From Eledone cirrhosa (Eukaryota), in contig CAXHJY010000797.1 of the NCBI GenBank assembly GCA_964016885.1, positions 1-60,573 of the forward strand: a stretch of 60,573 nt of DNA. Reading direction: 5' to 3'. The notes below the pieces were generated by a model, which had not been told where the DNA came from, did no database searches, and saw only the letters and a program-made list of their open reading frames with translations. The translations under genes were made by a program, and so were the position numbers. The first letter of the stretch is position 1. Every line of letters begins with the position of its first letter. Positions 18,127 through 33,713 of the stretch are shown piece by piece.

Positions 18127-18616
18127 TTTGCGAGGTTTTTTATATGAAATCGTGTGTCGAAACAAATATTCTTATACTTGGGGAGGGTCATATTTGTGTA
18201 ATATTGCCAGAATTAATAACAGAACACACTCACTGTTTCGTTGGTTTTCGCTTCTCGCTGTCTTTTATATCTGCGATCTAACTTAATCGGTCCTCAAAAA
18301 GAGACAGACTGAATAAAAAATGGCGTAGACATACAACACAACAAGAGGAAAAAAATATAACACCACTGACGATTTTTGCAGATGTGCAACGAAAGATTTA
18401 TGTAAATTATGTAAACTATATATATGTGTTTGTGTCTATATTGTATCTGTATTATTTTTGACCGTCGGTCAGTCAATGGCAACATTGAGGACCGATTAAG
18501 TTAGATCGCAGATATAAAAGACAGCGAGAAGCGAAAACCAACCAAACAGTGAGTGTGTTCTGTTATTAATTCTGGCAATATTACACAAATATGACCCTCC
18601 CCAAGTATAACAATAT
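18124..18616. mobile_element. Penelope-related pLTR with an inverted 3'-end copy (head-to-head)
   Basis: About 18166-18297 is the reverse complement of 18485-18616. It shares ATGACCCTCCC-AAGTATAA..ACACACGATTTCA and AAAATGGCGTAG with the element at 1-612. Confidence 0.7.
18364..18402 (+). ncRNA. Degenerate minimal hammerhead in the related pLTR
   Basis: CA-CTGACGA-TTT-TTGCA-GATG-TGCAA-C-GAAA-GATT-TA-TG, in the same position relative to AAAATGGCGTAG as the 371-415 ribozyme. Stem I is eroded. Confidence 0.55.
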
Positions 18617-19198
18617 ATATATATATATATATATATAAACGGAAAAAATGAAACGATATTTCATTTCCCACTCTTAATGCGGCTGTTACTTAAATATAAG
18701 TATGTACACGTACATATATGTATACAGACGTACAGTAGTATGTATATATATATATATACATACATGCACACATATATATATGCACGTATGGATTCATATA
18801 CACATGCATATATATTTACATATATATATACACATACATATATATATATATACATATATATATATACACATACATATATATATATATACACATACATAAA
18901 CACACATATATATATATACTAATCAGATCAGAGCAAACAGCACGGACACTCTATCTCAAAATTATTTTTGAAAAGCATTTAGAAATGCGCAACCGGTAAA
19001 AACTTAAAAACTTAAAACCACAACTGAATACTAACCCATACAATCACTAATACTCTTTTATTCCTAATTAAACCTTTTTTCAACTGTGAACAATTTGTCA
19101 GCATTTTCTATTCCGTTTACCAATATATATATATATATATACATACATACACACACATATATATATATATACATACATACACACATACATATATATAT

Positions 19199-19534
19199 AC
19201 TGGGGGTTCTTTTCTTTGTTTGTTGTGCCTCTCCTTTGTTCTGTCCTACGCCATCTTGTTTTTGTGTGTGTGTTGTGTGCTTAGTTTGCGCATGTGTTAC
19301 ATCCAGGTGTCTGTGTGTGTTTATATTCGTTTATTTATTTGTTTATTTCCATGTTACTGGTTGGTTGTTTGTTCTATGTGCGACTGTGTTTTCATTTTGT
19401 CCTTAATTGTAAGTTGTAATGTTGCTGTTCCACTCATGTTTTCTATTTAATTTTGGTTGTAATTCATTTATGTTTATTGCCTCTGTGATTTGTCTAAACA
19501 AATGAGAAAAGACGCAATGTTTAGACAAATCAGA
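19199..19534 (-). mobile_element. Older minus-strand copy of the Penelope pLTR with a short inverted 5' piece
   Basis: Reverse complement of about 71-373. It stops where the hammerhead would begin. 19505-19534 flips to the + orientation (AGAAAAGACGCAATGTTTAGACAAAT). Confidence 0.8.
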
Positions 19535-19593
19535 GTTTATTAGACTGGACTATATATAAGAAGAAATAAAAAGATGGTTAAAAAAGTTCCATA

Positions 19594-19664
19594 TATTTTA
19601 TTATGCACATTTCAAAAACAAATATCATCCAGGGACGATATTTGCGCTCTCATCAGATAAAATA
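19594..19664 (-). ncRNA. Minimal type I hammerhead ribozyme
   Basis: Minus strand TATTTTAT-CTGATGA-(long stem II GCAAATATCGTC..GATGATATTTGT)-GAAA-TGTGCA-TA-ATAAAATA. Stem I is a perfect 8 bp and the triplet is AUA. Confidence 0.72.
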
Positions 19665-20128
19665 GGGAGACATGAAATGAAGCATAAAAAAGAGACTTGT
19701 GAACAAGGTAGTGTGTAAACAACATATGTTGTTTAGACACTACCTTGCTCACATGTCTGCGTCTGCGTGAGTATGCAGGTTCGTACGTATGGAGGGTGTG
19801 TGTATATGTGTACTTCTTGTTTTAGTTGACTTACGTCTCCGAACATTCGTGTATTTATATGTAGGTATGTGTGTGCGCTTGTTATATACGTATTTATTTA
19901 CTTATATACGTTTATATAATTATTTATTTATTTGTACACAAGCATACACACACACACATATTTATATGTGCGTGGTTGTATACTTATGGTAAGGTTTTGC
20001 ATATGCTTGTGTATGTACGTATTTGTTTGCGTGTATGTATTTATTTATTTCTATTACTTCTGTATTGTATTTATTTACTTTGTTCTTAACTCTGTAGCGG
20101 AGATTCATTTGGTCTCCTAGTTAGAATT

Positions 20129-20392
20129 TTAGTCTACGACTTCTGCTATACCATTTACGTGGTTTTGTCTTTGCGTGCTATTGTTCTCCACGCTCCACAT
20201 ATGACTTATTATCTTCGTTTTTTCGTTCATTGCCAGAGAACGTCTCTATGCACCACCTAAGAGAACATTAGTCTACGACCTCTTTTATACCTAAACGTGG
20301 TTCTGTCTTTGCGCGTAATTGTTTTTCACCGCTCCTTTTAATGACGTATTATTCTTGTTTTCCCGTTCTTTGCCAGCGAACGTTTCCACGAA
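20129..20392 (+). repeat. Diverged tandem duplication of about 140 bp
   Basis: TTAGTCTACGAC...ACGTGGTT.TGTCTTTGCG...TTGCCAG.GAACGT occurs twice (starting about 20129 and 20268). Confidence 0.65.
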
Positions 20393-20649
20393 CCAAAGTA
20401 TCGTCTTCCTGTCTTCCGCAGGTTGCAACGTTTTTTGAAATATCCAGTTCTGCGTTTACAGATTGACTTTGTTAGTTTCAGAAGATCCCGGTAAGGGTGA
20501 AAGCAGCGATTCTTTGCTTAAACTTTAATCTGTTATTTTAATAAATATTTGCTCTACGGTTCTTATATATTTGATATATATTTATCCTTATCGAGCCCTC
20601 TTTGGATTTTAGTCTTCAATTTTATTATTATTACTATTATTATTATTAT

Positions 20650-22255
<1,606 letters not shown>

Positions 22256-22695
22256 TTTTACCAGTTGCGCACACATGAAATCACACCTGCTTTCCAGCTC
22301 ATATAAACTTAACACACTTTCAGATACTTATTCTCCATAAACTCTTATTATTCTCTTTTTAATTACCCTTTCTGACTTACTTTCATTCTTATCCTTGTCA
22401 ATAATTTCATTTATTTTCACTTTTATTTATTTTTATTTCACCCCCCCCCCCCTTTATTCTCCGATCTACTTCCTATTTTCTATTTTTTACTTCCCTTCTT
22501 TTACTTCCCTTTTTCCTCCACTAACTGATTATACTTGTCTTTTGTGTTTTTCAATCCAGATATATTTTTCATTTTTATTTTTATGTATGTACATATATAT
22601 GTATATATATATGTATGTACATATATATGTATATATATATGTATGTATATATATATATACATACATATATATATACATATATACATATACATACA

Positions 22696-22783
<88 letters not shown>

Positions 22784-22794
22784 CATACATATAT

Positions 22795-23379
22795 TGTGGC
22801 TGCCAACTCGTTTTCGAGTACGGCCACTACTTTATATCCATGTAGGAGAACCCCTACCGATGCGCTGAACGAGTGTGACATTTTAGTCCAGCCAGCGACT
22901 TGAAAACTCTGGTACAAACACTACACTTGTGACAATTATTGACACATAATGCTGGGCCCATGGTACCATGTGACGACAAGTGCAGAGAGATCTCCAGATA
23001 TAAAGCAATGCCTGTGCCGGGAAGCTTTTATAGTGAGCAAAGGCACTGCACAAAGCCAGTCCCACTCTCTTAACCAAGATGATATTTACCAAAAAGAAGA
23101 ACAAGTCAACATCATTGGATACCATCAGGGTTGCAGGTGTTATATCAGAGTTTTCCTTCTCCTAGAATTCTGCCTTGACAAAGGCTAAGGGGTCATCTCT
23201 CCCGGTGATTTTGGATAGCCATTGACTCTTAAGAGCTCCTTTACCCTTTGACAGGTTTTGTTTTTAGTCCTGCAGGATGTCCAAAGTCACCCTCCTCACC
23301 AATAAACCTTGGTAGGGTTGCCAGTTTAGTCGCCAACGATCCGACCATGGGACAGGTTGTACTGGGATACATGTTACCA
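22795..23379 (-). mobile_element. Non-autonomous bipartite RTE-derived element, copy 3
   Basis: Near-identical to 10547-11127, lacking about 5 nt at the 5' end. Confidence 0.78.
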
Positions 23380-23505
23380 TATATATATGTATGTATATAT
23401 ACATGTTACATACATATATATATACATACATATATATATATACATACATATACATACATATATATATACATACATATATATATACATACATATATACATA
23501 TATAA

Positions 23506-25003
23506 AAAACGTGGAAGAGCTGTGCTCTCCTCTAGAAATCTAGAGATGAACGGCCTGACAATACAACCTCTACAGTCAGGTGACAACTACAGATATCTTG
23601 GACAGGATGAGAATGTCAGATATGATTGACCCATAAATAAGGAGAGAACCAGAACTGAATACCTCAGAAGAGTAAAGAAAATATGTTCATCAGAACTCAG
23701 CATACAACAAATACATTGCCCACAATACTTATGCTGTGCCAATTCTAACGCCAACATACGGCCTGCTGAACTGGTCATTGCAAGAACTAAGTGGATGTTA
23801 GAACTCGCTAAGTGGATGTTAGAACTCGAAAACTTCTCAGTGTTACTGGGAACTTTAACATCAATGGTGATGTGGATAGGCTATACTTCTCATGCAAGGA
23901 AGGTGGCCGGGGTCGAAAATCAATATTAACATCATATGAGACCCAGATAGTAACACTGAAGCAACACCTTCAACAGAGGAAAAAGGTTGGCAACCACGTT
24001 GCCCAGGTTTATGAGCATGAAAAATAAAATATCATTAGAATAGCGACTGATCTGGAGGAGAGATATGGAATAAAGCCTGATATAAATCTCTCACCCAGAG
24101 AAATCGGAAGATCCTATTCAATGTTCAAACAAGATGAAAAAATTGCCCAATTTACAGAAAAAGTTGTGCATGGATACTTGAGACGTAAAGCTCAGACCAT
24201 AGAGGAGATAAACCACTCAAAAAGCCTGGCATGGAGTTCCGACAAGTTTATGACATCACACCTTGAGGGATATATCTATGCAATACAGGAACAAGAACTC
24301 CCTACCAAATATCTGCTGCACAAAAGAGGAGGGCCAGCAGCTGACAATAAATGTAGGCTATGTAAAACAAAGATCGAGGATGTAAGCCACATTGTTGCCA
24401 GCTGCGAAAGATTGTCATCTCGCTGCTACTTCCCCATGAGACACGATGGGATAGCTAGAACCATCTGGAACGCACTTCGGAAAACAAAATTAACAACAAA
24501 TGAGGAAGAATATATTGAGACAGATGGCACTAAGGAATACTGGTGGAACCTGAAAATAAAAACTGCCACCAAATTAAAGCACAACCGGCCTGATATTGTT
24601 GTTTGGGACCACACATTGAAAACGTGTTCTGTTGTGGAGATTAGCTGCCCACTTGATGTAAACGTTGTCAGAAAAATACAGGAGAAGAAAGACATCTACG
24701 GACCATTGATGAGGAGTTTACAAATCCAGTATCCAAGATACACCTTTAGCTTCATACCCATCATTATTGGAGCTACGGGTTATATACCAACCCGCTTGGA
24801 CCAAAGTATGACTGAACTTGGATTTACGGACAAAGAGCGCAGCTCCCTAATTCATAGTCTGCAAATGGCTGCGATAGCAGGCACCTTCAAAATTTGCAAA
24901 ACATTCTTGCGATTCAAGGAATGACAATTTTTCTTTTACAACCTTGGAACCAGGAAGTTGGCCGGTCAAAAAAATATACTCTAAATTAAGAGAAAGAGAT
25001 AAC
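23506..25003 (+). mobile_element. 5'-truncated R4/Dong-clade LINE (RT thumb, CCHC, RLE), copy 1, decayed
   Basis: YRYLG, DRLY..KEGGRG, AIQEQ, CRLC..HIVASC, RHD, NRPDIVV and VEISCP. It has stops, indels and a small internal duplication at about 23788-23828. Confidence 0.88.
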
Positions 25004-25035
25004 ATATATATACATACATATATATATATATACAT

Positions 25036-25076
<41 letters not shown>

Positions 25077-25201
25077 TATATATATATACACATACACATA
25101 TATATATATATATATACACATACACATATATATATATATATACACATACACATATATATATATATATATACACATACACATATATATATATATATACACA
25201 T

Positions 25202-25244
<43 letters not shown>

Positions 25245-25258
25245 TATATACATACATA

Positions 25259-25294
<36 letters not shown>

Positions 25295-25339
25295 CACATT
25301 TATATATATATATACACATATATATATATATATACACAT

Positions 25340-25376
<37 letters not shown>

Positions 25377-25527
25377 TATACATACATATATACATATATA
25401 TATACATACATATATATATATATATACACATATATATATATATATATACACATATATATATATATATACACATACACATATATATATATATACACATACA
25501 CACACATATATATATATACACATACAC

Positions 25528-25560
<33 letters not shown>

Positions 25561-25585
25561 CATATATATATACATACATATATAT

Positions 25586-25624
<39 letters not shown>

Positions 25625-25636
25625 TATATACATACA

Positions 25637-25680
<44 letters not shown>

Positions 25681-25821
25681 CATACATATATATATATATA
25701 TATACACATACACACATATATATATATATATATACATATATATATACATATATATATACATACATATATATATACATATATATATACATACATATATATA
25801 TATACATATATATATACATAC

Positions 25822-25892
<71 letters not shown>

Positions 25893-25895
25893 TAT

Positions 25896-25936
<41 letters not shown>

Positions 25937-25975
25937 CATATATACATACATATATATATATATATACATACATAT

Positions 25976-26016
<41 letters not shown>

Positions 26017-26047
26017 CATATATATATATATATATATACATACATAT

Positions 26048-26078
<31 letters not shown>

Positions 26079-26114
26079 CATACATATATACATACACATA
26101 TATATATATATATA

Positions 26115-26148
<34 letters not shown>

Positions 26149-26485
26149 TACATACATATATATATATATACATACATACATATATACATATATATACATA
26201 CATATATATATATATACATACATACATATATACATATATATACATACATATATATATATATACATACATATATACATACATACATATATACATATATATA
26301 CATACATATATATATATATACATACATACATATATACATACATATATATATATATACATACATATATACATACATATATATATATATACATACATATATA
26401 CATACATATATATATATATATACATACATATATACATACATATATATATATATACATACATATATACATACATATATATATATAT
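25004..26485. repeat. Interrupted (TA)n microsatellite
   Basis: TA/TACA/CACA repeat. Confidence 0.97.
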
Positions 26486-27070
26486 GGTGGCTGCCAACTC
26501 GTTTTCGAGTACGGCCACTACTTTATATCCATGTAGGAGAACCCCTACCGATGCGCTGAACGAGTGTGAATTTTTAGTCCAGCCAGCGACTTGAAAACTC
26601 TGGTACAAACACTACACTTGTGACAATTATTGACACAGTGCTGGGCCCATGGTACCATGTGACGGCAAGTGCAGAGAGATCTCCAGATATAAAGCAATGC
26701 CTGTGCCGTGAAGCTTTTATAGTGAGCAAAGGCACTGCACAAAGCCAGTTCCACTCTCTTAACCAAGATGATATTTACCAAAAAGAAGAACAAGTCAACA
26801 TCATTGGATACCATCAGGGTTGCAGGTGTTATATCAGAGTTTTCCTTCTCCTAGAATTCTGCCTTGACAAAGGCTAAGGGGTCATCTCTCCCAGTGATTT
26901 TGGATGGCCATTGACTCTTAAGAGCTCCTTTGCCCTTTGACAGGTTTTGTTTTTAGTCCTGCAGGATGTCCAAAGTCACCCTCCTCACCAAGAAACCTTG
27001 GTGGGTTTGCTAGTTTAGTTGCCAACGACCCGACCATGAGACAGGTGAGATCATGAGACAGGTGAGATCA
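26486..27070 (-). mobile_element. Non-autonomous bipartite RTE-derived element, copy 4
   Basis: Encodes [23 protein letters not shown] on the minus strand. Its 5' junction carries a 17-bp tandem duplication (CATGAGACAGGTGAGAT x2 on +). Confidence 0.78.
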
Positions 27071-27108
27071 TATATATATATACATACATATATACATACA
27101 TATATATA

Positions 27109-27174
<66 letters not shown>

Positions 27175-27175
27175 C

Positions 27176-27246
<71 letters not shown>

Positions 27247-27473
27247 CATATATATATACATACATACATATATATATATACATATATATATACATACATA
27301 CATATATATATATACATATATATATACATACATACATATATATACATATATATATACATACATACATATATATACATATATATATACATACATACATATA
27401 TATACATATATATATACATACATACATATATATACATATATATATACATACATACATATATATACATATATAT

Positions 27474-27505
<32 letters not shown>

Positions 27506-27546
27506 TCATATATATATACATACATATATACATACATATACATACA

Positions 27547-27577
<31 letters not shown>

Positions 27578-27613
27578 ATACATACATATATATATATACA
27601 TACATATATATAT

Positions 27614-27646
<33 letters not shown>

Positions 27647-27651
27647 CATAG

Positions 27652-27684
<33 letters not shown>

Positions 27685-27812
27685 CATACATATATATATA
27701 TATATATACATACATACATATATATATATACATACATACATCTAAATACATACATATATATATACATACATACATGTAAATACATACATACATATACATA
27801 TATATACATATA

Positions 27813-27845
<33 letters not shown>

Positions 27846-28503
27846 CTATACATACATATATATATATACATATATATACATACATATCTATACATACATA
27901 TATATATATACATATATATATATACATATATATACATACATATATATATATATACATATATATACATATATATACATACATATCTATACATACATATATA
28001 TACATATCTATACATACATACATATATATATATACATATATATACATACATATATATATATATATATACATACATATATATATATATACATACATATATA
28101 TATATATATATACATATATACATATATATATATACATATATACATATATATATATACATATATACATATATATATACATATATATATATACATATATACA
28201 TATATATATATACATATATACATATATATATACATATATACATATATATATATACATATATATATATATACATATATACATATATATATATACATATATA
28301 TATATACATATATACATATATATATATACATATATATATATACATATATATATATACATATATATACATACATATATACATATATATATATACATATATA
28401 TACATACATATATACATATATATACATACATATATATATATATACATACATATATATACATATATATACATACATATATATATATATACATACATATATA
28501 TAC

Positions 28504-28534
<31 letters not shown>

Positions 28535-28573
28535 CATATATATATATATACATACATACATACATATATATAC

Positions 28574-28620
<47 letters not shown>

Positions 28621-28646
28621 CATACATATATATATATATACATACA
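27071..28646. repeat. Interrupted (TA)n microsatellite
   Basis: Includes a local higher-order unit of about 30 bp (about 27300-27480). Confidence 0.97.
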
Positions 28647-29806
28647 TGGGAACTTTAACATCAATGGTGATGTGGATAGGCTATACTTCTCACGCAAGGA
28701 AGGTGGCCGGGGTCTAAAATCAAAATTAACAACATATGAGACCCGGATAGTGACACTGAAGCAACACCTTCAACAGAGGAAAAAGGTTGGCAACCATCTT
28801 GCCCAGGTTTATGACCATGAAAAAAGAAATATCATTAGAATAGCGACTGATCTGGAGGAGAGATATGGAATAAAGCCTGATATAAATCTCTCACCCAGAG
28901 AAATCGGAAGATCCTATTCAATGTTCAAACAAGATGAAAAAATTGCCCAATTTACAGAAAAAGTTGTGCATGGATACTTGAGACGTAAAGCTCAGACCAT
29001 AGAGGAGATAAACCACTCAAAAAGCCTGGCATGGAGTTCCGACAAGTTTATGACATCACACCTTGAGGGATATCTCTATGCAATACAGGAACAAGAACTC
29101 CCTACCAAATATCTGCTGCACAAAAGAGGAGGGCCAGCAGCTGACAATAAATGTAGGCTATGTAAAACAAAGATCGAGGATGTAAGCCACATTGTTGCCA
29201 GCTGCGAAAGAATGTTATCTCGCTACTACCTCCCCATGAGACACGATGGGATAGCTAGAACCATCTGGAACGCACTTCGGAAAACAAAATTAACAACAAA
29301 CGAGGAAGAATATATTGAGACAGATGGCACTAAGGAATACTGGTGGAACCTGAAAATAAAAACTGCCACCAAATTAAAGCACAACCGGCCTGATATTGTA
29401 GTTTGGGACCACACATTGAAAACGTGTTCTGTTGTGGAGATCAGCTGCCCACTTGATGTAAACGTTGTCAGAAAAATACAGGAGAAGGAGGACATCTACG
29501 GACCATTGATGAGGAGTTTACAAATCCAGTATCCAAGATACACCTTTAGCTTCATACCCATCATTATTGGTGCTACGGGTTATATACCAACCCGCTTGGA
29601 CCAAAGTATGACTGAACTTGGATTTGTGGACAAGAAGCGCAGCTCCCTAATTCATAGTCTACAAATGGCTGCGATAGCAGGCACCTTCAAAATTTGCAAA
29701 ACATTCTTGCGATTCAAGGGATGACAATTTCTTTTCTTTTACAACCTTGCCACCAGGAAGGTGGCCAGTCAAAAAAATATACTCGAAATTAAGAGAAAGA
29801 GAAAAC
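28647..29806 (+). mobile_element. 5'-truncated R4/Dong-clade LINE, copy 2 (open frame to the stop at 29724)
   Basis: 350-aa ORF with a CCHC zinc knuckle and PD..E..K restriction-like endonuclease motifs. Same 3' end as copies 1 and 3. Confidence 0.9.
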
Positions 29807-30150
29807 ATATATATATATATATACATACATATATATATACATACATACATATATATATATACATACATACATATACATACATATATATATATATATATAC
29901 ATACATATATATATATATATATACATACATATATATATATATATAGACATACATATATATATATATACATACATATATATATATATACATACATACATAT
30001 ATATATATATACATACATATATATATATATACATACATATATATATATATATACATACATATATATATATATACATACATATATATATATATATACATAC
30101 ATATATATATATATACATACATATATATATACATACATACATATATATAC

Positions 30151-30204
<54 letters not shown>

Positions 30205-30214
30205 ACATACATAC

Positions 30215-30261
<47 letters not shown>

Positions 30262-30319
30262 CATACATATATATATACATACATATATATATACATACAT
30301 ACATATATATATACATACA

Positions 30320-32110
30320 TAGAGAATGAGTGAGAAGGAGCAGGTTAAGACTGATAAGATACATTACCAGAAGGGCATCTTTCAGGGTGATAGCTTGTCA
30401 GTGCTACTCTTCGTTCTCTCACTGAATCCACTATCTTACCTACTAAGGAAACAAGGTGGACAAAGAAGTGGGACCAGAAGTATCTCCCATCTTTTCTTTG
30501 TTGATGACCTGAAGTTGTATGGGCCAAATATCAATGACATCAAGAAACAATTGGAGCTCATTACACAATTTTCAACCGACATCAAAATGAAATTTGGTGA
30601 GTCCAAGTGTGCATATTTGGCAGTAAAACGTGGAAGAGCTGTGCCCTCCTCTAGAAATCTAGAGATGAACGGCCTGACAATACAACCTCTGCAGTCAGGT
30701 GAAAACTACAGATATCTTGGACAGGATGAGAATGTCAGATATGATGGACCCATAAATAAGGAGAGAACCAGAACTGAATACCTCAGAAGAGTAAAGAAAA
30801 TATGGTCATCAGAACTGTCAGCATACAACAAATACATTGCCCACAATACTTATGCTGTGCCAATTCTAACGCCAACATTTGGCCTACTGAACTGGTCATT
30901 GCAAGAACTAAGTGAGATGGATGTTAGAACTCGAAAACTTCTCAGTGTTACTGGGAACTTTAACTTCAATGGTGATGTGGATAGGCTATACTTCTCACGC
31001 AAGGAAGGTGGCCGGGGTCTAAAATCAATATTAACAACATATGAGACCCGGATAGTGACACTGAAGCAACACCTTCAACAGAGGAAAAAGGTTGGCAACC
31101 ATCTTGCCCAGGTTTATGACCATGAAAAAAGAAATATCATTAGAATAGCGACTGATCTGGAGGAGAGATATGGAATAAAGCCTGATATAAATCTCTCACC
31201 CAGAGAAATCGGAAGATCCTATTCAATGTTCAAACAAGATGAAAATTTGCCCAATTTACAGAAAAAGTTGTGCATGGATACTTGAGACGTAAAGCTCAGA
31301 CCATAGAGGAGATAAACCACTCAAAAAGCCTGGCATGGAGTTCCGACAAGTTTATGACATCACACCTTGAGGGATATATCTATGCAATACAGGAACAAGA
31401 ACTCCCTACCAAATATCTGCTGCACAAAAGAGGAGGGCCAGCAGCTGACAATAAATGTAGGCTATGTAAAACAAAGATCGAGGATGTAAGCCACATTGTT
31501 GCCAGCTGCGAAAGATTGTCATCTCGCTGCTACTTCCCCATGAGACACGATGGAATAGCTAGAACCATCTGGAACGCACTTCGGAAAACAAAATTAACAA
31601 CAAATGAGGAAGAATATATTGAGACAGATGGCACTAAGGAATACTGGTGGAACCTGAAAATAAAAACTGCCACTAAATTAAAGCACAACAGGCCTGATAT
31701 TGTTGTTTGGGACCACACATTGAAAACGTGTTCTGTTGTGGAGATCAGCTGCCCACTTGATGTAAAGGTTGTCAGAAAAATACAGGAGAAGGAGGACATC
31801 TACGGACCATTGATGTGGAGTTTACCAATCCAGTATCCAAGATACACCTTTAGCTTCATACCCATCATTATTGGAGCTACGGGTTATATACCAACCCGCT
31901 TGGACAAAAGTATGACTGAACTTGAATTTACGGACAAAGAGCGCAGCTCCCTAATTCATAGTCTGCAAATGGCTGCGATAGCAGGCACCTTCAAAATTTG
32001 CAAAACATTCTTGCGATTCAAGGAATGACAATTTCTTTTCTTTTACAACCATGCCACCAGGAAGGTGGCCGGTCAAATAAATATACTCTAAATTAAGAGA
32101 AAGAGATAAC
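30320..32110 (+). mobile_element. 5'-truncated R4/Dong-clade LINE, copy 3 (RT core to RLE, one frameshift near 31245)
   Basis: [31 protein letters not shown] and YRYLG (ORF 30326-31285), continuing in ORF 31270-32028 with CCHC and RLE. Confidence 0.92.
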
Positions 32111-32327
32111 ATATATATACATACATATATATATATATATACATACACACATATATATATATACACACACACATATATATATATATATATACATACATAC
32201 ACACATATATATATATATATACATACACTATATATATATATATATATATACATACATACACATATATATATATATATATATACATACATACATACACACA
32301 TATATATATATATATATATACATACAT

Positions 32328-32362
<35 letters not shown>

Positions 32363-32471
32363 CATACATACACATATATATATATATATATATATACATA
32401 CATACACACATATATATATATACATACATACACATACATATATATATATACATACATATATATATATATAT

Positions 32472-32527
32472 AGAATTAGCCGTCGAAACGGCTTGAGCTC
32501 AGCTGTCGGGGTCTTACTGGTTCCTAT
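32472..32527. repeat. Single arm of the palindrome-ended element, copy 3
   Basis: Matches 15909-15964. It starts at the palindrome centre and ends at the same TTCCTAT|(AT)n junction. Confidence 0.8.
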
Positions 32528-33004
32528 ATATATATATATATATACATACATACATACATATATATATATACATACACATATATATATATATATATACATA
32601 CACATATATATATATATATATACATACACATATATATATATATATACATACATACACATATATATATATACATACATACACATATGTATATATATATACA
32701 TACATATATATATATATATACATACATACACATATATATATATATATACATACATACACATATATATATACATACATACACATATATATATATATATACA
32801 TACATATATATATATATACATACATACATACACATATATATATATATATACATACATATATATATATATATATACATACATATATATATATATATATACA
32901 TACATATATATATATATATATACATACATATATATATATACATACATACATATATATATATACATACATACATACATATATATATATACATACATACATA
33001 TATA

Positions 33005-33036
<32 letters not shown>

Positions 33037-33249
33037 CATATATATATATACATACATACATACATATATATATATACATACATACATATATATATATATA
33101 TACATACATACACATATATATATATATATACATACATACACATATATATATATATATACATACATATATATATATATATACATACATATATATATATATA
33201 TACATACATACACATATATATATATACATACATATATATATATATATAT

Positions 33250-33298
<49 letters not shown>

Positions 33299-33525
33299 CA
33301 TACATATATATATATATATATATACATACATACATATATATATATACATACATATATATATATACATACATACATATATATACATACATACATACATATA
33401 TATATATACATACATACATATATATATATACATACATACATACATATATATATATACATACATACATATATATATACATACATATATATATATATACATA
33501 CATACATACATACATATATACATAT

Positions 33526-33611
<86 letters not shown>

Positions 33612-33615
33612 ATAT

Positions 33616-33704
<89 letters not shown>

Positions 33705-33713
33705 CATACATAC
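32528..33713. repeat. (TA)n/(TACA)n microsatellite
   Basis: Direct reading. Confidence 0.97.

Noticed and set aside
20479-20510. Active hammerhead
   Set aside because: The core reads CAGAAGA and there is no NUH triplet or stem I. At most it is a relic.
22795-29806. Segmental duplication of an RTE-derivative plus Dong module
   Set aside because: The 5' truncation points and intervening tracts differ between the two pairs, which fits independent insertions better.
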